Shown here in pieces: positions 1 through 10,063 of a DNA stretch of 64,000 nt (position 1 is the first letter of the stretch; every line of letters starts with the position of its first letter). The notes beneath the pieces are model-generated. The model made no database searches, was not told where the DNA came from, and was given only the letters and a program-made list of their open reading frames with translations. This DNA is from Lepidodermella squamata. Lineage: Eukaryota; Animalia; Gastrotricha. The translations under genes were made by a program, and so were the position numbers. Where the stretch lies: contig JBLDXI010000055.1 of assembly GCA_047495785.1 (NCBI GenBank), positions 930,001 to 994,000 on the forward strand, read 5' to 3'.

Positions 1-130
1 AACTTCGGACGACGCGAGCAACGCGAGAACAATAGGGCGCGCCGAAGTATCCGAAGTGCGAGAACAATAGACTTCGGACCGCCGTGCTTCGGACAGGCCG
101 TACGAAGCGTCCGAATCCGAAGAGCCGAAA
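1..130. repeat. Cluster of short direct and inverted repeats, possibly DNA-transposon subterminal repeats
   Basis: GCGAGAACAATAG at 23-35 and 58-70; CTTCGGAC three times and inverted CCGAAG/GTCCGAA copies; lies just 3' of a MADF gene. Confidence 0.45.
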
Positions 131-226
131 TTACACGCAATACAAAGCCAGTCACTCATTTTAATTACCGCAATATACGTTTTAATTATCGCAAACAAAA
201 CAAACAAAAAGCGCCTTAAAACATGT

Positions 227-1340
227 TTATTTCAGCTTGTGCCTAATAACATCAAGAATATCGAAGGTTAGCAAAGAAATTTCAGAGGGAGAAAGAGTCG
301 AATGTTCAATCACAGATAAAACAGTTGAAAAATGTTCGTTGATAATGCGGCGCCGTTCGCTAACGGCCGGCTGTTCAGTCGCGACAAGAGTCTGCATAAT
401 GGCCGCGATGTTGGGATCGACGCCGTTGTCGCTGTTGCTGCCCGCCTTCCGCTTCCTCGAACCGGCCGGTGTCGGAGTTGAAGCGGCCGAAGCGGGTGTT
501 GAGCCGGAAGTTGATACTTGAGTTGCTTGACTTTCGAGGAAGGGTAGATCGTCATCGGGCGCGGGTGTGCTTGCACCGGAACTCGGCACGGACGCAGCCG
601 AATCAGGCCTTGCACGCGGATCACCGGGTAAGTTCGACTTGGTGCTGTAAAAAAATAAGAAAAAAATTATTAAAACAAAATTATCAAAACAAAATTATCA
701 AAATTATCAAATTAACACACCTTGTTTTGTAAATGATTGTGTCAGCCAAGAAGGTCATTGCCAAGTAATACGGAAACCCGCCCGACTTCGATTCGTCGGG
801 GTTGGCGGCGGAACCGCTGGCCGTGCGCGTCTTGTGAGCTTTCGAGAACCGGTCGCGTAGATCGTTCCAAATGTCGCAGACGTCTTTGGCGGTGTACGGT
901 CGCGACGGCTCCTTCGAAGTGGCCGGCATCCAGGGCAGACGAACAGCCAGCTCATTCCACAGCTTCGACCTGTGAACGCTGTCCTTGTAGAGAGCGTCCT
1001 TCGTGTTCCAGAGCGGCGGGTGGTATTTATCGAAATTGATGATGTCGATATTGACGGCGTGCTTGTGTTCGGGTAGACTCAGCACCGGCGACGAAATAGT
1101 CGAATGGCTGGCCTCGGCTTGCTTGGCAGGGTGGTACGACAGCGACTGGCTCGACTGTGGATAAGACGGCTGGCTCGGCTGTGAGTAGGGCGGCTGACTG
1201 CTCGAAATTTGCGAAAAAACCGGCTGGGTGTTCGGAATCGGCGAATAAACAGGCTGGCTGTCATCGAACTGACCCGAGACTTGCTCCGCTTGGCTTGAGC
1301 TACGAATCGGCGGGTAATAGTGCAGCATATTTTGTTGCAT
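227..1340 (-). CDS. MADF (Myb/SANT-like) DNA-binding protein, 2 exons (1340-721, 644-227); possibly Harbinger/PIF ORF1-derived
   Basis: MADF motifs HPPLWN..YKD..LWNELA..WNDLRDRF..FPYYLAMTFL; GT-AG intron 720-645 joins the two track ORFs in frame; RKRK NLS and helical BESS-like C-terminus. Confidence 0.8.
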
Positions 1341-1370
1341 TTTGAAAAATGATGATGAACAACTGAGAGA
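1316..1370 (+). repeat. 55-bp exact direct repeat, left copy
   Basis: AATAGTGCAGCATATTTTGTTGCATTTTGAAAAATGATGATGAACAACTGAGAGA, identical at 2505-2559. Confidence 0.95.
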
Positions 1371-2504
1371 GAAACTTTGCTTTATTAGATCTAGTTAGAA
1401 AATAAACACCATCAGCCCTCAGGCTAAGTATGATGTACCGAGTTGCAAGTAGACCTATTACATCTAACAGATTTTTATAATTTTCAACACACAGCTTTCA
1501 TGCAATAAATGAAAAGCTGCTCACACTTAACCACATGAAATGTTTATGATTTACAATGAACGTTCAGTTTAACCATTAACTCCGCAACAACCTTACTTAC
1601 TTCAGCTACCTGCTGCCCCGGGCCACCGCCTAAGCGCGTCGCCACCCGGGGCCCAACAGCTGCCAGCATCGACGACCTCTGCTGTCAGCAACCATTAACT
1701 TCCACTTCAGCCCGCCGAAGGTCGGCGCGCTGGGCAATCCCTCCAACTTGCAGTATGCCCGCCGCCACAGTTGCAGCAGCGAACAACCCGCATGCAGAAC
1801 TTGACGTTGTGATCACGGCCGCACCTTAGACATCGTTCTTCGTTCAGACAGTCCCGCGCCAGGTGGCCAAATTGCTGGCATCGGTAACATTGGACAACGT
1901 CAGGGGGCTTAAGAACAAAGGGACGAAAGCGTAACAAGAACGGCTTCATAGCGAAACCGTCCTTAAGACATCGTTCAGCCAGGTCGAAATCGTTCAGTTC
2001 AAGGAGCAACTGCTTGCCCCGCAGCTCGATAACCTTCATCAGCTTGTCGCCAAATGCTTTCTTCAATTGATTCTCAGAAACAGCGTCGCAGTCGAAATTT
2101 CTCAATACAATCCGGTGTTTCTTCTTTATCGGCTCGAGGACTTGAACCCCATCCATCTTAGCCATCGTCTTCAAATTTTCTGCTCCTTCGCTAGAGTCCA
2201 GGCGAATTTGCAGACCAGTTGCTGTCTGTCTACAGCTCTTGATGTTAGCTTCAGGTACGGCCGATACGATCCGCGACCACAGAACTTTCTTGTCGCACTC
2301 GGGCTTCACATTAACAATAACGGTTGAATCATTTGATCGCTTAATCGGGGCTGGTTTCTTAGACGGATTCGGATTCGCTTTAATTTCCGGCGCGGTCTCG
2401 GTTGACTTGTTCTCCATTCGCCGCTGGGTCTGAGTACCCATATCGCCAGTCGGTGGTTTTTCGATGCCAAAACCAGGGTTGTTCAGAATCAATTCGTTGC
2501 CACG
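1371..2504 (-). mobile_element. gag/ORF1-only non-LTR-retrotransposon-like insertion (1134 bp)
   Basis: Bounded by the 55-bp direct repeats; carries a triple CCHC knuckle ORF, a ~335-bp 3' UTR and AATAAA about 10 nt before the 3' junction; no RT coding. Confidence 0.7.
1707..2492 (-). CDS. Gag-like nucleic-acid-binding protein (LINE ORF1 type, 3 zinc knuckles)
   Basis: QCYRCQQFGHLARDC, RCLRCGRDHNVKFC, CCNCGGGHTASWRDCP, the spacing typical of Jockey/I/R1-group ORF1. Track start is TTG, so probably 5'-truncated. Confidence 0.8.
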   Translation of the reverse strand: MILNNPGFGIEKPPTGDMGTQTQRRMENKSTETAPEIKANPNPSKKPAPIKRSNDSTVIVNVKPECDKKVLWSRIVSAVPEANIKSCRQTATGLQIRLDSSEGAENLKTMAKMDGVQVLEPIKKKHRIVLRNFDCDAVSENQLKKAFGDKLMKVIELRGKQLLLELNDFDLAERCLKDGFAMKPFLLRFRPFVLKPPDVVQCYRCQQFGHLARDCLNEERCLRCGRDHNVKFCMRVVRCCNCGGGHTASWRDCPARRPSAG

Positions 2505-2559
2505 AATAGTGCAGCATATTTTGTTGCATTTTGAAAAATGATGATGAACAACTGAGAGA
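2505..2559 (+). repeat. 55-bp exact direct repeat, right copy
   Basis: Identical to 1316-1370. Confidence 0.95.
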
Positions 2560-2758
2560 TGAAAATTGATGAATTAAATTGATGAGATGAAGCTGAAACT
2601 AACCACCTTAAATACCGAACAAATGGCGCCAAAGCGCACCCAGGGCAGCACGTTACCCACGTGCCGGACCTCGCGCCCCTGGATGCTCCAATGAAGAGCG
2701 TAATCAGCGTACCGCCGTCAAAAGGCGCCGCAAAGCAAGCGGCCGGCGACACTGAAGA

Positions 2759-3433
2759 TTAAGCCGCGCAACACACGCGAACCTGAGACCAGTCAGCACC
2801 TACATCTTTGGCTCGGCCGAAAACAGGCCTCACAATAGGTTTACCACGATGGAACAGGTCACTCAGCATGACTCTTGTGACGAAAACAGTGTCTGTATCA
2901 AGAAAGCCGACGTAATCGGAATCGGTAAAATTTTCGGCCCAAAACTTGAGCCATTGCGATTTGTACCAGCCAGGTTTCTTAGTATCGAATCTGATAGAGG
3001 GCGGTGGGGTTTTTCTGAAATCGACTTGTAGTCCGAACCTGCTGTAAGATTCGGCGGTGACGTTGGCTATGAAAAAATCCGATTTCGCGTCCTCTTGGTC
3101 GGTTAAAATAGTGAGATTTAGATGCTGCCTCGGCCAGAAAAGTGATATGGAAGGTAGAAGCCAGCTCAACAATTCATCTTGGCTACACATATCCGAGCTA
3201 GATGGCAACATAAGTTGTAACCGTGGCCAAGGATGATGGCACTTTTCTGGTATGTTTCGATTAATGGCAAAGAAATGAGATGGGCCGAATAGAAACGCGA
3301 GATCAGGATTGATGAGTTTGAAGTGATAGATTAGACCAGATATTAAGACAAGAAAAAACGCAGGCAGCGCTATCCATCTTCGATGATGCATTTTTCCTTG
3401 AGCGAGATTGTGCGGTTTATCTGAATTGTCCAT
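2759..3433 (-). CDS. Type II membrane GT-A-like (DxD) putative glycosyltransferase, probably C-terminally truncated
   Basis: N-terminal TM (WIALPAFFLVLISGLIY); YVGFLDTDTVF DxD motif followed by DLF..GKP; ORF ends soon after, with no convincing next exon. Confidence 0.55.
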   Translation of the reverse strand: MDNSDKPHNLAQGKMHHRRWIALPAFFLVLISGLIYHFKLINPDLAFLFGPSHFFAINRNIPEKCHHPWPRLQLMLPSSSDMCSQDELLSWLLPSISLFWPRQHLNLTILTDQEDAKSDFFIANVTAESYSRFGLQVDFRKTPPPSIRFDTKKPGWYKSQWLKFWAENFTDSDYVGFLDTDTVFVTRVMLSDLFHRGKPIVRPVFGRAKDVGADWSQVRVCCAA

Positions 3434-3986
3434 TTTAGTGTTAAATGTAGCGACCGCACGAATAAGACTATAGGCGTGTTCTTGCCAATGCCGACACTTG
3501 AATCACTTTGTGCCGAAATCGATTTCCATTTTTGATATTTAATTCATTAATTTGCACCGATTTCTCGATTGCAGCAGATATTTGGATATGGCGTCATTCC
3601 GCGATTTCCGAGTTTTTTCAGCTTTGATTCTTTATTGTTTGAGAAAGGTAATGAAAATTGCGTGTAACGACTGACTTTAGTTCTCCAAAAGAACAATATA
3701 GGAACAATGTCAAACTCATCCTCTTGTCTTTATCTAGCCGTGAGCTCGCGCAAAGCGGAGACTATTTACGAATATAAATATTTGTTTGGATTATTTTAGA
3801 CGGTTTCGCTCTTTGTTGCCCCTCATTCATCACGTCTGAGATAGACTCAGCCATCATGATGAATAACTTCCATTAAACAAACATGAATTGCCCTTTTCTT
3901 TAAAATAGAGATTTTATTTGGCACACTCTATTATATTTTATTTACGTAGCACTTTTCGGCTGCGCGAATTCGAAACATAACGCGGC

Positions 3987-4563
3987 TTGGATCAAAAAGG
4001 AAGAGGCGCGGCCCAGTTCAACTGCGTGCCCAAAACAAACAACAGGATATTTCGGAGAAATGGGTTAAGCGTGGCTGAATGGATCATGGCTATCAAAATG
4101 TCTTCAGACACGGCTACGGTTAGAGGGTACCAGGTGTCAGTCATAGGACATAGGACGGAAACCAGTGTCGTCGATGCGGCGCTGACATTGAATCTCTTGC
4201 TCACGTCCTTGGCGCCTGCCCCTGCTGGTAACATCGGCACATAATAAAATCCGTCAGAAAATCCCTACAGAACCTCGCGGATATAACGTAACTGAAGAAG
4301 GGCATAATGTGGCCAACAACGGCTCTTCACGACGATTCGGCATCCTAGCTATTAGGAAAGGTAGCGGAACCGGTATAGTAATCGACCCTAAAATCCAATG
4401 CGAATCATCAATTGATCAATTCGAACTGGTTAATAAAGAGAAGCGCACACTCTACGAGGCATGCAGCGACTTCATTTGCGAGGCTTACAATTTAGACTCA
4501 ATCGAAGTGCAAGGTCTCTACATTGGTTCCCGGGGTTCATCTCATAAGGCAATGTTAATGTAA
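3987..4563 (+). mobile_element. Degenerate 3' fragment of an RLE-type non-LTR retrotransposon
   Basis: Across frameshifts: GLSVAEWIMAIKM, CCHC knuckle CRRCGADIESLAHVLGAC (4166-4219), RHNKIR, then RRFGILAI..GIVIDP..EKRTLY resembling a PD-(D/E)xK endonuclease. Confidence 0.7.
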
Positions 4564-4853
4564 ATATCCGTAACACGTGCACAGACCACCAGTAAATCGG
4601 TTTCTCTCTTTAATATAGTGCTCTTATTAGGTACTACTACTTAATTTTTATTTTATTCGATACTCAAGATTCATTCAAGATTTTTTGAGATTTTTTATAG
4701 ATCGCTCGAATCAATTATTGGCGCGTGGCTTACTATTTGTTCCACGATAAAAAATCCCTTAACAGCTGCATTTATTCAGTTAAATTTTCTTTAATTTATT
4801 TTCCTTAATAATTTGCCCAATTTTTCTAATAGTTGGAGACTTTAATTTGAGAC

Positions 4854-6158
4854 ATGCGCATCGCTGTAATTGGCGCTGGACCAGCCGGCCTTGTTACGCT
4901 GCACACAATCCAGAAACGCCTCGTCGGAAAGCTGCCGAATCTTGAAGTCATCTGCTTCGAAGGGGCGGACCAAGTCGGTGGTGAATGGATACTACGCTGT
5001 GATAAACCTGTAACAGCTAGCGATGGATTCCCAATCGAAAACAGTATGTGGCGAGGTCTGCAATCAAACACGTTCAAGCTGGCGATGGAAATCCACCCTG
5101 ATTTTCCATGGTCCGAAGAATCACTGAAAACCAATCACTTCGCCTATCAATATGAATATCTTGAGTATCTTCAAAATTTCGCTAAACATTTCGAATTAAC
5201 CAAATTTATTCGATTTTCAACGCTGGTTTACAATGTCAAACACCGCGAGTCCGAGAACAATTACCAGCTTGACTTGAAGAACTTGAAATCCGGCGAAAAA
5301 ACTTCGGAAGACTTTGACTACGTGATTTTCTGCGGCGGTCAACATCGCAAGGCCAATATCCCAAACGATATTGATGTTCAGAAGTTCACAGGGAAGGCTC
5401 TTCACTACCGAGATGTGAATTTCGGAGATTTGGTGGGAAAACGAGTTGTTGTCTACGGCACATCGTTCGCAGCTTTCGACTTGGTTGCTTCTGTTGGCAA
5501 AGGAATCGAAGTGCTGTACCTGAGCTGGCATCGCCACAAGCCTTTCTGGTATCGCGAAGAGCTTGCCCCGGCCATTCAGCTCAAACCAGCTATTTCCAAA
5601 GCTGTGGACGATACTGTTTACTTCGGCGATGGAACTTCGGTCAAAGCTGATTACATAATCTATGCAACTGGCTATAAGCAAATGCATCCCTTGTCGCCTG
5701 AACTCGACCTTGATTTCAACAAAATGAACCCTGTTTTGTTCCCGCTTTTCAAACACGTGGTGCATCCCTATCATCCCAAGCTGCTTTTTCTCGGCAAAAT
5801 TCCCCTGGTTCTTATTCGGCAACTTCGACCTCAAGCCGAACTTTGCTGCGCCATAATATCAGGCGAGGCTAAGTTACCATCGACTCAGGACATGCTGGCC
5901 GATATTGAAGCATTTCAAACGAAATGGCTAGCGGAAATCGCCAAGCTAAATGACATTGACGTGACCGTCAATTTTCCGGTTTTGGAGTTGGAAGTGCAAT
6001 TGATGCATGAAGTTGCTGAACTTGCGAAATGTGAACCTATACCCGATTATATGCCTCACCTCTACTATTGCCTGTTGAAGCTTGTTCGCAGTGACGTCAT
6101 GAACTTTCGAAAATACAAGGTCACTAGCGATTTCTCGGGATTCAAAATTAACGAGTGA
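4854..6158 (+). CDS. Flavin-containing monooxygenase, intronless, divergent
   Basis: VIGAGPAG FAD motif, FE..VGGEW, FTGKALHY FMO motif, IIYATGY; second Rossmann motif degenerate (VYGTSFAA). Confidence 0.9.
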   Translation: MRIAVIGAGPAGLVTLHTIQKRLVGKLPNLEVICFEGADQVGGEWILRCDKPVTASDGFPIENSMWRGLQSNTFKLAMEIHPDFPWSEESLKTNHFAYQYEYLEYLQNFAKHFELTKFIRFSTLVYNVKHRESENNYQLDLKNLKSGEKTSEDFDYVIFCGGQHRKANIPNDIDVQKFTGKALHYRDVNFGDLVGKRVVVYGTSFAAFDLVASVGKGIEVLYLSWHRHKPFWYREELAPAIQLKPAISKAVDDTVYFGDGTSVKADYIIYATGYKQMHPLSPELDLDFNKMNPVLFPLFKHVVHPYHPKLLFLGKIPLVLIRQLRPQAELCCAIISGEAKLPSTQDMLADIEAFQTKWLAEIAKLNDIDVTVNFPVLELEVQLMHEVAELAKCEPIPDYMPHLYYCLLKLVRSDVMNFRKYKVTSDFSGFKINE

Positions 6159-6213
6159 TTATTTGAGAGAAATAAAAGATGAGAACTGGACATGGAAGAC
6201 TTTTTATTTTCGC

Positions 6214-9200
6214 TCAGACAACAACTCCACTACGCCTAAAAATGTCCAATATTTTCATAACATCATCAGGCTTCGCATTCGGGCTGGGATTTTTCGCCAA
6301 TTCAACTGCGCTCCATCGCTTACTCGGGCTCAAACCAGTTGGGTTGGCGTTGAACTGGTTGATCAAAATATCAACAACTTTGTACCGGCCGCAATAGGCA
6401 GCGGCCATCAGCGGCGTTGCATCGTCCTTCATGATCAAATCAACTTTTGCCCCAAAAGCTGCGGCTAGGAGTTGTACAACTTGCGAATGGCCTCTGACAG
6501 CAGCTATGTACAGTGCTGTATAGCCATCAACCTTCTCAGTCAAATTAGGCTGTGTCATCCATGGAGTCGGTGAAAAGCCTGGCTGCATTGACGCGGTAGT
6601 GATATAAGGGCTTGGCTGAATGCCGGGTGGGTAATACGGATGACGGGATGTTGGTGGCGTCAAAGTTGACATCAAGTTCGACGAAGCTAAGCCTTGAACT
6701 ATATTGGCAGTGCTAAAAGCTTCATTTCTAAGGAAATTTCCGAAACTTGGTAAACCCACGCCATGGGACTTCATAACATGTGGTTTATGATTGATTAAGG
6801 GTGAAATGCTGTCGTCTTTCGTGACGGCGTCAACGTTCGCTGGAAAAGTTCCAGCTAACACCTGTACGACCTCTAAATGGCCGTTGTCAGCAGCTGCCAT
6901 TAGGGCTGTCGTGCCATTTTCAAGCTCTGCCTCGTGACACGCGTGGAAATCTCCGGCTAACACTCTCACAATTTCTGCATGACCGTTTTTTGCGGCTAAA
7001 AACAACGGGGTCATTCCATTTTTGTCCAGAGCTTCGACTAGGGCTGGGTTCAATTGAGCAAGCCGCCTGACCTCTGAGACATTCCCACGGGATGCTGCCA
7101 TATGAAGCTCATTTCCATTAGATACTGTGACTGAAATTTGATTAGCGCCTTGTGATTTGTATATTCTAGCCGTAACCATGCCGTTTTCGAAGATTTCATA
7201 CGAGCCATTCTCATCCTTTCCTTCTCCCACCTTGACCGAGGGTGGTGGACCATTTATTCCTCCGGTTGATGAAGGGTTGAAGATGACAGCAGATTTGTAA
7301 GGAACTGCAGGCAGCTGCTCTGCAACCATCACTGGCTGAGGAACGATTGGAGCTTCTTTTACGCTAACGTTAACCGCCATATTTGAAGTACTTGGCCTGA
7401 ACACAACCGCTGAATTCGCAGGGCTTGACTTAACCTCAGCAGCCACAGCTTGCGAAACCAAACGGGTTCCATCTTTCCACTTCTTCACAGCTTTATACAT
7501 CCCTAACGAGACACTTTTGAACAGATGATCAATGTCTTCATCATCCAACTCCGCCGGATCATCAATGTCATTCTCTGCAGGTATAGAAGAGACATTAGAA
7601 ACAATTAGAAAATGAGCCATATTTTAACTGACCGTCGAGAATTTTCCAAATTTTCAAGTTCATCTCACTATTTGCCGAAATTCCCAGGCGACTTGATGGT
7701 TCCTGTTTTAAAATTGTGCACTCTTGACTTAAAATTTGCAAAATTATATAGAAATTACCTTATTAGGAATTGTTTGAGGAATAAAAGCTGATTGCGATTC
7801 TCTAGTAAGTTTGGTCACCACTTCTGAAATCAAAATTACAGAGGTTCTGTCGAGGTCGTGACCAACCGGTCGGGCTTACCTTCCGTTCGAGATCCAGTAA
7901 CTTCAGCACTTTGCGGTCGTTGAACTCTTGTTGCTACGTTAGTAAAGGACACCGTAACATTTGCCGGATTAGATGAGACTAGCTTAGCCCCAGCTTCGCC
8001 CCGAACTTCGAGGACAGGTCGGAACAATTCGCTTGATAATGACTGTGACATTATTGACTGCTCCGACTCGCGCTTATCAAAATCGATGCGGACGAAATTG
8101 TTCTCAACAAGGTCTGTAATCGTCGGTCTTTCGGCGGCATTCTTCACCAGCATAGACATCACGAAATCTCTGCACTCGGCTGAATATCCGCGATTTTCAT
8201 GGAAAGGCAATGGGTCTTTGCTAAAATGAATAATATCCATATATCGGATCTATTCATCAGGTATATTATCAAATCTTACGTAATGATAGCAATGGCTACT
8301 ATGGGACCATCTCCTTGGAACTTAAAATTACAAAAAATATTTTGAGTAATGATGAAATCATGGGGAGGGTTTTCTTACTGGGCGCGTGAAGTTTGCCATC
8401 TCGTAGAGAGTAACTCCGAGGGACCAAATATCGCATGCTTTAGTGTAGGTCTTTCCCTCGCAAACTTCCGGTGAAGCATATGGGAAGGTTGCAACGTTCG
8501 TGACAGAGCTGCTGGTTGAAACCCTATTTCACAAAATATTAGATCAAATATAAATATTTTGTAAGAAAACTATATTATACCCGTCAATATCCTTTGCCAA
8601 TCCGAAATCACCCAGTTTCAAATGACGATGGTCACTTGTTAGGAAAATGTTTTTCGGTTTTATATCACGGTGAACATAACCGCCGTCATGCAAGTATTTG
8701 ACGGCAGAAACTAGTTGACGAGTCCATCGCTGTAAATCCGGCTCTGGAATTGGGCTTACGGCAATGTGGTAAATGTATTGTTCGAGATCGCCTCCGTCAC
8801 AGAACTCAAGCACAAGGTAATAAATATCACAGCCTTGCTTGAGAAAATCATCCCCATGGTATCTCTCTGAAACCGAATAAATGTTTAGAAATTTAGATTA
8901 AATCAACAAGTAAGTACCTTCGAATGCGCCAAATACTCGCACAATATTCGGATGATCAAAATCCTTCATCTTAGAGTGCTTAAAAATAACCGAAAATTAA
9001 ATCAGGATTATTAAAATGGGTCATGGCTTTGATGTTATACCTCTTGACGGCACATCTCGACGATTTTATCAGCAAATTTTTGAGTGTGGCTGTGATCTCC
9101 ATGGCTTGTTATTGTACGGCGAATGGCTGTTAGATTGACTTCCTTCATGACATAATCTGCATAGTCGTGGTTTCTTCGGCAGTGATAAGCGGCGCCAAAC

Positions 9201-9256
9201 CCGCCAGAACCAAGTACTCGAATCACGTTAAACTCTGATTTTGACTCGAATTTCAT
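6214..9256 (-). CDS. NEK-like Ser/Thr kinase with C-terminal ankyrin repeats (multi-exon)
   Basis: LGSGGFG, YVMKEV, HRDIKPKNIFL, KLGDFGLAK, PYASPE, DIWSLG; short GT-AG-bounded exons (e.g. 7823-7759) link to the last exon with TPLFLAA/TALMAAA/TALYIAA/TPLMAAA ankyrin repeats. Confidence 0.8.
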
Positions 9257-10063
9257 AGCGGCTTTTTTCGGTGAAATAACTTTTATATAGGATGCACAAA
9301 GCGGTTTGTTGGACAGCACACAAAAACAAGATAATATATATGGACACCCTCTGTTTGCAGGGGTTGAAGATAAAGGAGATATTAGGAAAAGCTATTACTG
9401 ATTACTGATAAAAAGATTAGTTAATTGTAGCACTAAATTCGGACACGGCGTACTCTTGATATACTTGAAGATATCTATTTATCGGGGGAGCTGTGCCTAT
9501 CTTTGTCCAGTTGTTGCTGTAATGTTACCGGATCAGTTGTGAACATCTGAAAGTTATTGCAGCGGCAAGTGTGCCAATTTATCGACGGCAAAACTTCGAG
9601 CGGACGTAACTGAATAAAATACTGAATAACGCCAATTTCATTTGCATTTTATGAGACTGATCAGTAATTCTCTTTTCGAAAAGAGAATTATTCGAATGAA
9701 TTGGACTCCTGTCCCTGATAAAGCATTGTTGCCTGTTTGAATCATTCATCTATTACTGCCCGGTCAGACAGGTGTAATAAACCGGAAAAGTTCCATATTC
9801 ATTTTTTTCTGTTTCAGTTTTTTCGTTGCTAGACGATTTGGATTTTATGAGACCAGTCGCCGGCGGTTTTTTGCGTTCGTAGACGCTTTGAGAAACATGT
9901 GCAACTGTGTGCAAATAACGAGCCACGTGGTGTTTTTCTCAGCCTCTTACACAGCGCTTACAAAGCCTGTTGCCACAACGCGTTTAAAAACTGGCTGGGT
10001 AGCAGTCGAATTCTAGTTTGATTGATTTTTGCTTATTTTTCTAGGTGAAAATTACCTTATGAA

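Noticed and set aside
1-130. CRISPR-like repeat-spacer array
   Set aside because: Repeats are short, irregular and in both orientations; eukaryotic context with no cas genes.
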